DNA of 64,000 bases, taken from Oscillospiraceae bacterium (GTDB lineage: Bacteria > Bacillota > Clostridia > Oscillospirales > Oscillospiraceae). The position numbers were made by a program, and so were the translations under genes. Below, piece after piece: positions 21,488 through 31,075 of the stretch; the first letter of the stretch is position 1; every line of letters begins with the position of its first letter. The DNA lies in contig WRDH01000002.1 in the NCBI GenBank assembly GCA_009783555.1, positions 61,314 through 125,313 of the forward strand, given 5' to 3'. Below the pieces are notes generated by a model. The model was not told the origin of the DNA. It ran no database searches and saw only the letters and a program-made list of their open reading frames with translations.

Positions 21488-21590
21488 TTATATTTAAATT
21501 TCCATTCTCAAACACGCCGTACTACGTTCTCGCTGACTTATACTTCTATTGAGTTCCCGTCCGCCAACTCGACTGGAAATTTAAATATAA
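21488..21590. repeat. Perfect 17-bp AT-rich inverted repeat flanking a 69-nt spacer in the ybeY-era intergenic region
   Basis: ttatatttaaatttcca (21488-21504) and tggaaatttaaatataa (21574-21590). Confidence 0.6.
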
Positions 21591-22108
21591 TACTCCTCAC
21601 CGCTACGTAATAAATAAAGTATTACTTTTTTGCTCCTGTTATGCATAATCCTATCACTACTCTCATCATCATGGTCATAGCCCAGCAAATGCAATGTTGA
21701 GTGGATTATCATATATGCTGTTTCATGTTCAATTGTATTTCCGTATTCGGCAGCGTACCTTTTAATTGTTTCCAACGATATAACTATATCACCGAGTGTG
21801 AGTTCTCCTGTACTTTCGTCAAACTCCGGGTCATAAATACCACCCCACCCTGCTTTTCTAAACGTCTGCATTGGAAACGAAAGCACATCAGTCGGCTCAT
21901 CTAAACCTCTATACTCATAGTTATAGTCTCTAATCACTTCATCATCAGTTATCAGCACACTAACAACACACGGTACATCCACTCGCTCATATTGCAGTAC
22001 CGCTTGTACCGCCTGTATAATAAGCTGCTTACAGGTACCGCAGATTGCTTCTTTGCCACTGTGCATAAATACCTTATGCTTTACATTATCGTATTTCTTA
22101 ACATTCAA
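21581..22108 (-). CDS. ybeY: Endoribonuclease YbeY (rRNA maturation factor)
   Basis: HSTLHLLGYDHDDE zinc-binding HxxxHxxxxxH motif; follows phoH. Confidence 0.92.
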   Translation of the reverse strand: MNVKKYDNVKHKVFMHSGKEAICGTCKQLIIQAVQAVLQYERVDVPCVVSVLITDDEVIRDYNYEYRGLDEPTDVLSFPMQTFRKAGWGGIYDPEFDESTGELTLGDIVISLETIKRYAAEYGNTIEHETAYMIIHSTLHLLGYDHDDESSDRIMHNRSKKVILYLLRSGEEYYI

Positions 22109-22159
22109 TTTTCAACTTTCAACTTTCTATTTATTGAGTTTTCAGCTCTTCACTAACCC

Positions 22160-23128
22160 TTAAATCCTAGTTTTCGGCTTATTCTCCCGCTTATCATAAG
22201 CCTCGATTATTCGCGATACCAGTTCGTGTCTTACGACGTCTTTTGATGAGAGCTTGCAAATTGCGATATCGGGGACGTTTTCGAGGACTCTCATAGCGTC
22301 TCTCAAACCGCTTGTTTTATCGGGCGGCAGGTCAATTTGGGTTATGTCACCTGTTATTACGATTTTTGAACCAAAACCCAGTCTTGTAAGGAACATTTTC
22401 ATTTGTTCGCGTGATGTGTTTTGCGCTTCATCGAGAATAATAAACGAATCATCAAGGGTTCTTCCCCGCATATAAGCAAGCGGGGCAACTTCTATATTTC
22501 CTCTTTCGAGATATCTGTTATATGTATCGACCCCTAAAAGCTCAAAGAGTGCATCATAAAGAGGTCGAAGGTACGGATCAACCTTGCTTTGTAAATCACC
22601 CGGCAAAAAACCGAGGCGCTCCCCTGCTTCAACCGCGGGTCGAGTCAGAATTATCCTATTGACAACCTTTGCACGAAATGCTGCTACAGCATGTGCCACA
22701 GCCAGGTACGTTTTGCCTGTACCCGCAGGACCGATAGAAAGTGTAATAGTATTTTTAGCAATTGCATCAACATATTTCATTTGCCCCAGGGTTTTTGCCT
22801 TGATAGGTTTACCTTTTGCGGAAATACAAATAATGTCCCTGCTGATATCGGCAATTTTATCATCATGACCGTCCCTTACAAGGCTGATGATATACTTAAC
22901 ATTTTGCGAATCAATAGACTCCCCCTTAGCTGCAACCATCAGAAGACCGTTGATTGTACGCTGAGTATAATGAATATTCTCCTCTTCACCCGATATAGTA
23001 AGCTCCGAGTTTCTGTCAATAATACTGACCCCAAACTCCTGCTCAATTAACTTCAAATTCTCATCAAAAGACCCGAAAACACTGATAATGTTCTCAAGCC
23101 TGTCAACACTCATAGTTATTTCTTCCAT
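22160..23128 (-). CDS. phoH: PhoH-like ATPase (PhoH/YbeZ)
   Basis: GPAGTGKTYLAVAHAV Walker A; ILDEAQN; 322 aa. Confidence 0.93.
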   Translation of the reverse strand: MEEITMSVDRLENIISVFGSFDENLKLIEQEFGVSIIDRNSELTISGEEENIHYTQRTINGLLMVAAKGESIDSQNVKYIISLVRDGHDDKIADISRDIICISAKGKPIKAKTLGQMKYVDAIAKNTITLSIGPAGTGKTYLAVAHAVAAFRAKVVNRIILTRPAVEAGERLGFLPGDLQSKVDPYLRPLYDALFELLGVDTYNRYLERGNIEVAPLAYMRGRTLDDSFIILDEAQNTSREQMKMFLTRLGFGSKIVITGDITQIDLPPDKTSGLRDAMRVLENVPDIAICKLSSKDVVRHELVSRIIEAYDKRENKPKTRI

Positions 23129-23160
23129 AAAACATATCCCTTCCCGATTCTAACATAATA

Positions 23161-25034
23161 TTAACTATACCGCAAACGTTTTACCAAATCTTCATCCGGA
23201 ACAGTTATAATTGTTTTAAAATCATTATATATCACCATGCCCGGTCTGCCTCCCGATGGCTTTTTTACATTCTTCACAAGCGTATAGTCAACAGGCACTT
23301 TGCCGTCACTTCTTGAAGCAGAATAATATGCAGCTATTGAGGCTGCTTCTTTTATTGTGTCATCATCAGGAGTGGTACCTGCACAGGAAATTATCACATG
23401 GGAGCCGTGTATTTTCTGAGCATGAAGCCAAATGTCTGACCTTGCGGCATTTTTCAGGGTCAGTTTATCGTTTTGAACATTATTTTTACCGGCAAAAATC
23501 CGAAACCCGCCCGAAGAGGTAAAACGATAAGGAGTTGATTCTGAATGACTTGATTTTGCTTTCATTTGCACCCTGCCACCCTGCTGCTTACTATGATTAT
23601 GGTGCTTTGACTGCTTTGGCAGCCGAAGTTGCGCGGACGCTTTCAGATATCCTGTTTGTGAAAGCTCGTTTCGGATTTCATCTATATCCTGTTCATTCTC
23701 AACGCGTTTTAACTGTTCTATAACACTTTCAATATAAGCAAGCTCTTTTTCGCCGCTTTGAATTTGCGAAGTAAGAAAGCTGCGTGCATTTTTTGCTTTT
23801 GTATAAGCCTTTAATACTTAGCCGCATTTTGTTGCGGAGTTTTCATTGCATCAAGTTTTATTTCTCTAACACCACCACTGCACTCAAAATCCGAACCACT
23901 GCCATTGTCCGCAAAAAAGTCACACGCAACCAAAGTCGATTGACCCTTCTTCATAGAATGCAAGTTTGCTGTAATCAAATCACCGCACTCACGTAAATAG
24001 TCCCGTTTTGAGGTCTCATCAAGCTCTGCTTTTTGTGCTGTCAGTTTGCGCACCTGCCTGTCGCGTGCATTCGTCATTACTTTTAATGTAGCTGCGCTTC
24101 GTTGATTCATGCGTTTCTGTTTCGCTGAAAGAGTAAAAAAGCTGTCAAGCAGATGCGAAAAGTTACTCTCGAGCTTTGAAGAGTATTTCTTTTCATATTG
24201 CATGATGTGCGTGTAAGAAAAATCAAAAGGCTTGCCGGTATCCGTAGAAATAAGCCATGGCTCGAACTTATTTAAGTTAATTTGCTTTATCAGAGAAATA
24301 AACGCATTTATTAATCCCTCTCCATTATCTCTGATATCTCCGACCCGTAAATCCGTATCTCCATAAGCACGCCACACAATCTCTCTGCAAATCAGCGGCG
24401 AAAAGGCGTTAAAAGTTGATACCATCCATTTATCTACCTGTTCGTCATTTGCATGTTTAAGAAGCTCACATAACATCTCCCCTGTCATATTAAGCGGGTT
24501 ATACTTTCCTTCCTGCGGATGTGGAGCACGGTACAGCAAGCCCGGTAAAACCGATCTCTTCTCGTTCAGTTCACCGCCGACACGACGCAGACAGTCAATG
24601 ATTATTCCATCACTGCCGGTCAGTACAATGTTCGGCTGATGTCCGAGAAGCTCTACAATCAACCTTTTTTCAACAATCTCACCAAGCACGCTAAACGACT
24701 CCAGCTCAAAAATCAACACCCTCTCTGCCGGAGGCTGCGAAATCTTTATCACTCTTGCGCCCGTAAGATGCTTTCTGAGCAGCATACAGAACATCGGCGG
24801 CGTTTGCGGATTGTCAAACTTATGCTCTGTCAAGTGCACCCTTGTATCACCCGAACCTGCGGATATAAGCAACCTGTATGATTGATTTCCTTTGTCTCTG
24901 AGAGAGAAAATAATTAAATCACGTTCCGGTTGTTGTATCTTATCTATTTTTGAACCCGTAATACTCTCTGCCAATTCATTTTTTATTGCAGTCAGGCATA
25001 TTGCATCCAGAGGCATTTTTATAAATCCTTTCAA
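23161..25034 (-). pseudogene. rqcH: rqcH (Rqc2/NFACT, fibronectin-binding protein A family) interrupted by a frameshift. The N-terminal 407-aa frame ends at 23811. The C-terminal frame is open from 23817 down to 23161.
   Basis: N-terminal NFACT-N-type block (MPLDAICLTAIKNEL...); C-terminal DUF814-type block (ARSDIWLHAQKIHGSHVIIS); the two frames overlap at 23811-23817 next to a homopolymer at 23789-23794. Confidence 0.7.
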
Positions 25035-25410
25035 ACAACTCGTTTAACCTATCGGTTCTGCCACCCAGATATAAATAACCAAACAGTGCTTCAATTCCTG
25101 TTGCGGCGTGATACTCCTCATGAGTCGAACCTTTTGGTACGGAGCTTAAATGCGTGTTTCGCCCTCGCTTATAGACTGCGAGCTCTTCTTCATCCAGGCT
25201 TGACAATACCGCGTCTGCCGCAACAGCTTGAGCCTTTGCGGAAACTAATGCCACAGCTTTATTGTGTAGGTTTTTTGCCGTAGATGTTCCGTTTGTGCAG
25301 AGCCATGTACGAACCATTAGTTCGTACACCGCATCACCTATATGCGCAAATCCTTGTATGGATATTTCCTTAAAATCATCCGGCTTTTCCGGTTTCAGAT
25401 AGTTTTTCAG
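24976..25410 (-). CDS. mrnC: Mini-ribonuclease III (Mini-III/MrnC). The conserved N-terminus extends upstream of the first ATG, so the start is probably a non-AUG codon (CTG at 25408-25410) preceded by an AAGAGGTG ribosome-binding site.
   Basis: FAHIGDAVYELMVRTW plus KRGRNTHLSSVPKG, ATGIEALFGYLYLGG motifs; in-frame TGA just upstream of the CTG. Confidence 0.75.
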   Translation of the reverse strand: MKNYLKPEKPDDFKEISIQGFAHIGDAVYELMVRTWLCTNGTSTAKNLHNKAVALVSAKAQAVAADAVLSSLDEEELAVYKRGRNTHLSSVPKGSTHEEYHAATGIEALFGYLYLGGRTDRLNELFERIYKNASGCNMPDCNKK

Positions 25411-26227
25411 TTTTCTTCACCTCTTTTAACTTACTTACAGAGATATTTATGACATTTGCCATAATCAGTATCAAAGCACATGTGTATAACCAAACCATTA
25501 GAATAACAAAAGACGCCAAAGAGCCGTACAGCACTTCATATCGAATTGAAAATGTTATGAGTTGTGAAAAAAGCATACTCGCTATAACCAATACTATAGC
25601 CGCTGTAAGCGCGCCCGGTAAACGCGACATTCTTGTAGCATGCTTTGGAGCAGATATCAGATATACGCTGTATATTACGGCAAAGAGTAAGAAAAACAGC
25701 AGCAAAAACCTTGTCCAGTTCCATATTGCCGTTAACTCAATTATGTCAAAGTGTAATTCCAGAAAACCTGTCAGCCATTCTCCCGATAAAACAATTAGTG
25801 CCGATGCGTAAATCGCAACTAAAAGCAGAATTGAGAAAATGAAGCTGATCACCCATCGCCATAATCCGGTAAAACGCATCTTCCCTTGAATTTCCCCGGT
25901 GATTCCGGTAAATGAACGAAAAGCTGCTGATGACGAAGTCAACATTGCCGCTAGTCCGATTGTTAACATTAACTCTGTTCTGCTGTTGGTGATATAGTCA
26001 AAATAGTCTGAAAGCGTATCTATGGCGGCTTCGGGTATAACACCTTCAAGTATTGTAAGTGCATCAGTTTCTTGAAGATTAACTATCCCTATTATTGCGC
26101 TGGCACATATTAAGAACGGAAATACAGTAAGCGTCAGATAGTATGACAAAGCCGCGGCACTGCGTCCTATGGGATAGTTTATGAAGACTGAAATAACGTC
26201 TTTTGCTACCGCTATTACCTTGCTCAA
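25376..26227 (-). CDS. YihY/BrkB-family inner membrane protein
   Basis: RSAAALSYYLTLTVFPFLI motif and six predicted TM helices. Confidence 0.8.
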   Translation of the reverse strand: MSKVIAVAKDVISVFINYPIGRSAAALSYYLTLTVFPFLICASAIIGIVNLQETDALTILEGVIPEAAIDTLSDYFDYITNSRTELMLTIGLAAMLTSSSAAFRSFTGITGEIQGKMRFTGLWRWVISFIFSILLLVAIYASALIVLSGEWLTGFLELHFDIIELTAIWNWTRFLLLFFLLFAVIYSVYLISAPKHATRMSRLPGALTAAIVLVIASMLFSQLITFSIRYEVLYGSLASFVILMVWLYTCALILIMANVINISVSKLKEVKKTEKLSETGKAG

Positions 26228-26300
26228 ACTGACCTTACTCCTAACTTAAATGCGGCGAAGACCGCTATTAACGTTCTTCGCCGCCTTAAACCAACGGTTG

Positions 26301-27560
26301 TTACTTTGAGTTGAATATTTTGAAAATCGTATCAAACGGGTCTTCCTCTTCAGGAGGCGGCGGTGGTGGAGGCGGCGGGGGCGGTGGAGGCGGAGGCGGA
26401 GGCGGTGGTGCTGCAGGTTCGGGTGTAAATATATCTTCCGGTTTCTTTGCGCTGTATTGTTCCCCGAAAACATTTGACGCTGAGCTGCTGACGGGAGTAC
26501 TGCTTTGGGTACTGCCATAACTGCTTCCAAGACCGCTGCCAAGGCTGCTTCCAAAACCGCTGCTGCTGTTTGTTGCCACACCTGCGTTACTGCTCATTTT
26601 GAGTGAATCGTCAAAACGTGTTGCAATTACAACGACTCTAATTTCATCTTCCATATCTTCATCAAAGGATGCACCGAAAATAATATTCGCATCCGGATGT
26701 GCTGCTTTTGCCACAAGGCTTGCCGCGACTTCTACATCGTCTAAGTCTATGTCTATTGAGCCGGTGATGTTTACAAGAACACCTCTCGCTCCGTCAATGG
26801 ATGTCTCCATCAGAGGGCTTGTAACTGCTGCACGGGCAGCTTCCTCTGCTTTACCCTTGCCTGCCGCATGACCGACTCCCATATGAGCATATCCTGCGTC
26901 TTTCATAATGGAAGTGACATCGGCAAAGTCAAGGTTTATGAAACCTGTTTTCTTAATCAGCTCCGAAATGCTGACAACAGCCTGGTGAAGTACACCGTCT
27001 GCTATTTCAAAGGCATTGGCAAAAGTTAACTTTTGATCTGATACAGCTTTTAACCTGTCATTGGGGATGACTAACAATGAGTCTACTTTACCAAGAAGGT
27101 TTTTTATGCCTTCATCGGCTTGCTCCATACGGCGTCTGCCTTCAAAGCTGAAAGGCTTTGTGACGACCCCTACTGTAAGAGCTTGAGCTTCGCGGGCGAT
27201 ATCAGCTACCACAGGTGAAGCTCCTGTTCCCGTGCCTCCGCCCATTCCTCCGGCAATAAAGACCATATCCGCGTCTTCAAGAGCTTTTGCTACATTGTTT
27301 CTGCTCTCTTCCGCTGCTTTTTTTCCTATCTCCGGACTTGAGCCTGCGCCTTGACCCATTGTCAGCTTTTCACCTATTTGAACCTTTGCAGAGGCGTTTG
27401 ATGCTGATAATGCGGGCTTGTCAGTATTGATAGCGATAAACTCAACACCCTGTGTTCCGGCGGAAACCATTCTGTTGACGACATTATTACCGGCACCGCC
27501 AACCCCCGCCACCTTAATTACAACAACATTGTCAGGAGCGCTTTCTATTGAAACCGCCAT
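26301..27560 (-). CDS. ftsZ: Cell division protein FtsZ. The likely start is ATG 27558-27560 (MAVSIESA...), preceded by a GGGAGG ribosome-binding site. The C-terminal linker contains 21 consecutive prolines (P21).
   Basis: [15 protein letters not shown] tubulin signature; C-terminal conserved peptide DTIFKIF; poly-Pro encoded by a GGN repeat at about 26343-26405. Confidence 0.95.
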   Translation of the reverse strand: MAVSIESAPDNVVVIKVAGVGGAGNNVVNRMVSAGTQGVEFIAINTDKPALSASNASAKVQIGEKLTMGQGAGSSPEIGKKAAEESRNNVAKALEDADMVFIAGGMGGGTGTGASPVVADIAREAQALTVGVVTKPFSFEGRRRMEQADEGIKNLLGKVDSLLVIPNDRLKAVSDQKLTFANAFEIADGVLHQAVVSISELIKKTGFINLDFADVTSIMKDAGYAHMGVGHAAGKGKAEEAARAAVTSPLMETSIDGARGVLVNITGSIDIDLDDVEVAASLVAKAAHPDANIIFGASFDEDMEDEIRVVVIATRFDDSLKMSSNAGVATNSSSGFGSSLGSGLGSSYGSTQSSTPVSSSASNVFGEQYSAKKPEDIFTPEPAAPPPPPPPPPPPPPPPPPPPEEEDPFDTIFKIFNSK

Positions 27561-27741
27561 ATACTCAACCTCCCGTACTGATTTATTATCCTTTTTCATA
27601 ATAAACTCACATTATAAAGATTTTGTTAATAGTATTGATTAATATGGAATTTGCACATCATCCGATATTCTATATGTTTTTATTTCCAAGGTCAATACTT
27701 TTCTATTAAATAGTTACAAATAGTATCTCTTTAATATTTCT

Positions 27742-28533
27742 TTAGTCAGGAGCAAAGGTTGCTCTGCCTGTTTCATGCTCCCAGAGTATTCTCCCGGGGA
27801 TATTTGGAAATTGCTCTCTGAGTTGATTCACCGAATCTTCAAGCATACCTATTTTGTGCCTCAAGTTGCTGGGGCGAAGACTCGTAGATCCTCCGAGTAT
27901 TACTCTATAGATACCTTGATACCCGAAAAACACATTAACTATGTTTGAAACATCAAGATAAGATACATAACCTATCTGATTATCCCGTTCCAAAGCAATT
28001 AAGATGTCTTGCATATACTGTACCTTTGTTTCCGAACCGAAAACCGGTCGTACTAAGTTTCCAACCGCAGTTTCCTCAATATCGACCCCCCGCATTTCTA
28101 TCAAGTCACCTATATTTACTCCTTCAAGCTCCGGCGTTGCGATTGGCAAGCGGGCAAGGACTCTGCCCGATGAGTCGATAACGTATATTTCACCGGCAAA
28201 TGTAATCGCAGCTACTGCTACGCTTTCGGTTACCTCAATGTGTACAGTATTAGGCAAAGCCCTCGTAACTTGTACAGAATTTACAAAAGGCAGCGCGGCG
28301 CGTATGTTTTGAGACACATTTTGAGCACTGATAAACAACAAGTTATCTCCGGCTGATATACCTGATGCCAGAACAATATCTTCGGGCGAGTACATTACCA
28401 CGCCTTCGACTCTGATTTCATTTGTTCTTAAGAATGCACCCGCACCAAGAATTGTCATCAAGGAAATAAGTATTATGCCGAATGCAACATAAGGTATCGG
28501 TGTTGAGTGCAGCCGTTTCTTATTCCCCGCCAT
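27742..28533 (-). CDS. ftsQ: Cell division protein FtsQ/DivIB (POTRA domain)
   Basis: Single N-terminal TM helix, POTRA-like region, position between murG and ftsZ. Confidence 0.8.
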   Translation of the reverse strand: MAGNKKRLHSTPIPYVAFGIILISLMTILGAGAFLRTNEIRVEGVVMYSPEDIVLASGISAGDNLLFISAQNVSQNIRAALPFVNSVQVTRALPNTVHIEVTESVAVAAITFAGEIYVIDSSGRVLARLPIATPELEGVNIGDLIEMRGVDIEETAVGNLVRPVFGSETKVQYMQDILIALERDNQIGYVSYLDVSNIVNVFFGYQGIYRVILGGSTSLRPSNLRHKIGMLEDSVNQLREQFPNIPGRILWEHETGRATFAPD

Positions 28534-28537
28534 GATT

Positions 28538-29683
28538 TTATACTCCTTTAATACTATCGCTTAACCTGCCGGTAACAATGTCAATAATCCTTGATGCCGA
28601 ATCCTGCACGGACTGTGACTTTTGTGACCTTGCCATTTCCTGCAGTTTACTCTTGTTATTGAGAATTGCCGTTACCATGTCAAACAGCACATCACCGTTA
28701 CAATCATTTTCCGTTATCATTACGGCTCCACCGGTGTTTTGCATCTTTAGTGCGTTTTCTTCCTGATGATTCTCTGTTACATTCGGAGAAGGTACAAGTA
28801 TTGCAGGCGTACCCGTCGCTTTCAGTTCTGCAATTGTTGAAGCTCCCGCTCTTGTTAAAGCCAAATCTGCTCTAATCAGCACTTCAGGCATGTTATCTAT
28901 ATACTCTCTAATATCAATCAAGGGTGCATTTACTTCCTTTATGCCTAAGCCTTCCAGCTTTTCTTTCATTCTTTTCATACTGTCGCCGATACCTGTCGCA
29001 TGGATATGATTAAACTTCTGTTCTTGTGAATTTCTCGCAATGAAATTAATGATTTTATTATTCATCTCCGTTGCTCCGACGGAGCCCCAGTATGATACAA
29101 CCAAAGGTTTTTCGTTTGATTGCCTTTCTTCTTTTTCGTTTACATGTTTATTAAACTCACTACTAAGCGGTGTGCCTGTATACACTACTTTTTCGGGTCT
29201 GCTGAATCTGCGTTCTATTCCTTTGTAGGTAACGAAAATTCCATCAACTGCTTTGTCAAGCATTTTTACAGTTAGTCCGGGACAAGCATTGGGTTCCAGA
29301 ATATATGCCGGAATTCCTTTTTTAGTTGCTCTTTTGATAACCGGATAGCATATATATCCTCCTGTTCCGATTATGACATCGGGATTAAATTCCTTTAATA
29401 GCTTATCTGCTTTAAAGCTTGCGGTAAAGAGATTCAGAGCAGTTTTTATATTGTGTGCGATATCGCTTGGAGAAAACCCTCGACTAAGCCCGCTCATATT
29501 GATGTTTGTAAGCTGAAATCCTGCTTTTGGTATTAAACGCTTTTCTAAAGTCTTATCTGCACCGACAAAGAGTATTTCTGCATCGTATATTTTTTTACGT
29601 AACTCTTCCGCAATCGCTAACGCAGGGTTTATATGTCCCGCAGAACCGCCGCAAACGAAAAGAAATTTCACTATGTTGACCAT
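28538..29683 (-). CDS. murG: UDP-GlcNAc:undecaprenyl-PP-MurNAc-pentapeptide GlcNAc transferase MurG. The likely start is the internal ATG (MVNIVKFLFVCGGSAGH); the ORF-track N-terminal 45 aa overlap ftsW.
   Basis: GGSAGHINPALA N-terminal motif; GGY...; position in the dcw cluster. Confidence 0.9.
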   Translation of the reverse strand: MVNIVKFLFVCGGSAGHINPALAIAEELRKKIYDAEILFVGADKTLEKRLIPKAGFQLTNINMSGLSRGFSPSDIAHNIKTALNLFTASFKADKLLKEFNPDVIIGTGGYICYPVIKRATKKGIPAYILEPNACPGLTVKMLDKAVDGIFVTYKGIERRFSRPEKVVYTGTPLSSEFNKHVNEKEERQSNEKPLVVSYWGSVGATEMNNKIINFIARNSQEQKFNHIHATGIGDSMKRMKEKLEGLGIKEVNAPLIDIREYIDNMPEVLIRADLALTRAGASTIAELKATGTPAILVPSPNVTENHQEENALKMQNTGGAVMITENDCNGDVLFDMVTAILNNKSKLQEMARSQKSQSVQDSASRIIDIVTGRLSDSIKGV

Positions 29684-29691
29684 TCCTTTCC

Positions 29692-31059
29692 CTAAAGCTG
29701 TGAGTTTCCACTTTCTTCTTTTAGCTTTCCACTTTCCTTCACCTTTTTCATATCTCTTGTCAGTGGAATTTCTCTGGATACCGAAAGAATTATTCCGATT
29801 TGGACAAGCTGTATCCACAATGCAGTACCGCCGTAACTGAAAAACGGTAATGAAATACCCGTAGCAGGCAGAAGGTTTATTACAACTGCTACATTTAAAA
29901 ATACCTGGATAGCTAAAAGACTCGTTATCCCGATTGTGATCAGTGAACTGAACTTATCATTTGCGTTCATCGCGAGCCAGTATCCGCGGATTATCAGCAG
30001 TGCGAACAGCATTAGTATCAACATAGCACCAATGAAACCCAGTTCTTCGCACACAATTGCAAATATATAGTCGTTGTGTTCTTCCGGCAGATACAGATGC
30101 TTTTGCCTGCTTTGCCCCAAACCCAGACCCAGCAGACCGCCGGAACCGACAGCATTTAATGATTGGCGTATTTGAAATCCGTCCCGGAGCGGGTCGGCAT
30201 CGGGGTTTAGCCACGCTGTTATCCGTCTTCCTTCATACCCCAAGCTTCTCAGATCCAGATTTTCTCTTACTGTATCCATTGAGACATTACTGATCGCAAC
30301 ATCGGGATCAGCAGTTCGAAGCTGAAAAAACACAAATCCGCTGATCATGGCGATTAAAATGGTTACAGCCAGCAAAAACCATCTTAGTTTTGTTCCCCCC
30401 GCAAACATCATTATTGCCGCGAGAGCAGTAATGATGATAATAGCCGAAAGATGAGGCTGCATTCTCAGTAGTACTATCATTATTCCCGTAACAACTGCAA
30501 ACGGTATCACACCGAATTTAAAAGTCCTCATCCTGTCTCTTCCAAGCTTGCACATCATTTGTGCAAATGATAGAATTAAAGCCATTTTTGCGATTTCAGA
30601 GGGCTGGAATGTCATAAACCCATTCTCTCCGCCTAAACCGATCCATCTTCTTGCGCCGTTTACCCTGATTCCAATTATCAAAACGAGAACCAGAAGCACA
30701 ATAGATACAAGCAATAATTGCATTGACCACCGGCTTATCGTTCGGACGCTGATGCGCGAAGTCACAAGCATTAACGCGACACCACTTACAGCAAAAATAA
30801 GCTGTCTGGAAAATAGCCGAAGCGGATCACCTTGCAGATACAAGCTGCGGGTGAAGCTTGCAGACAAAACCATTATTATACCGATAAGCAAGATTACAAG
30901 TGTGATAACCAACATCGGCTTATCCATACCCGGAGTTTTCTTTCCGGCATCAATAAGCTCTGTTGACAGGTCGCGCTCATTCCAGTTAAGAACATCGGGA
31001 TCAGCACCGACTTGCCTGTTCTTCAGCTCTTCAAATTTACTCATTGTGTTCTTGTCCAT
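29692..31059 (-). CDS. ftsW: SEDS-family peptidoglycan glycosyltransferase FtsW
   Basis: Ten TM helices; SEDS-type motifs (LNAVGSGGLLGLG...RQ); dcw position. Confidence 0.88.
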   Translation of the reverse strand: MDKNTMSKFEELKNRQVGADPDVLNWNERDLSTELIDAGKKTPGMDKPMLVITLVILLIGIIMVLSASFTRSLYLQGDPLRLFSRQLIFAVSGVALMLVTSRISVRTISRWSMQLLLVSIVLLVLVLIIGIRVNGARRWIGLGGENGFMTFQPSEIAKMALILSFAQMMCKLGRDRMRTFKFGVIPFAVVTGIMIVLLRMQPHLSAIIIITALAAIMMFAGGTKLRWFLLAVTILIAMISGFVFFQLRTADPDVAISNVSMDTVRENLDLRSLGYEGRRITAWLNPDADPLRDGFQIRQSLNAVGSGGLLGLGLGQSRQKHLYLPEEHNDYIFAIVCEELGFIGAMLILMLFALLIIRGYWLAMNANDKFSSLITIGITSLLAIQVFLNVAVVINLLPATGISLPFFSYGGTALWIQLVQIGIILSVSREIPLTRDMKKVKESGKLKEESGNSQL

Positions 31060-31075
31060 ATTTCTTCCTTATCAT

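Noticed and set aside
26343-26405. The GGN repeat was considered as a possible CRISPR or simple-sequence repeat locus
   Set aside because: It is in frame within ftsZ and encodes prolines. There is no repeat-spacer architecture.
26246-26581. 111-aa minus-strand ORF and the plus-strand ORF 26311-26520 (poly-Gly) overlapping the 3-prime end of ftsZ
   Set aside because: Both are alternate-frame artefacts of the GGN repeat that encodes the FtsZ poly-proline tract. Each has low-complexity composition and neither has an independent ribosome-binding site.
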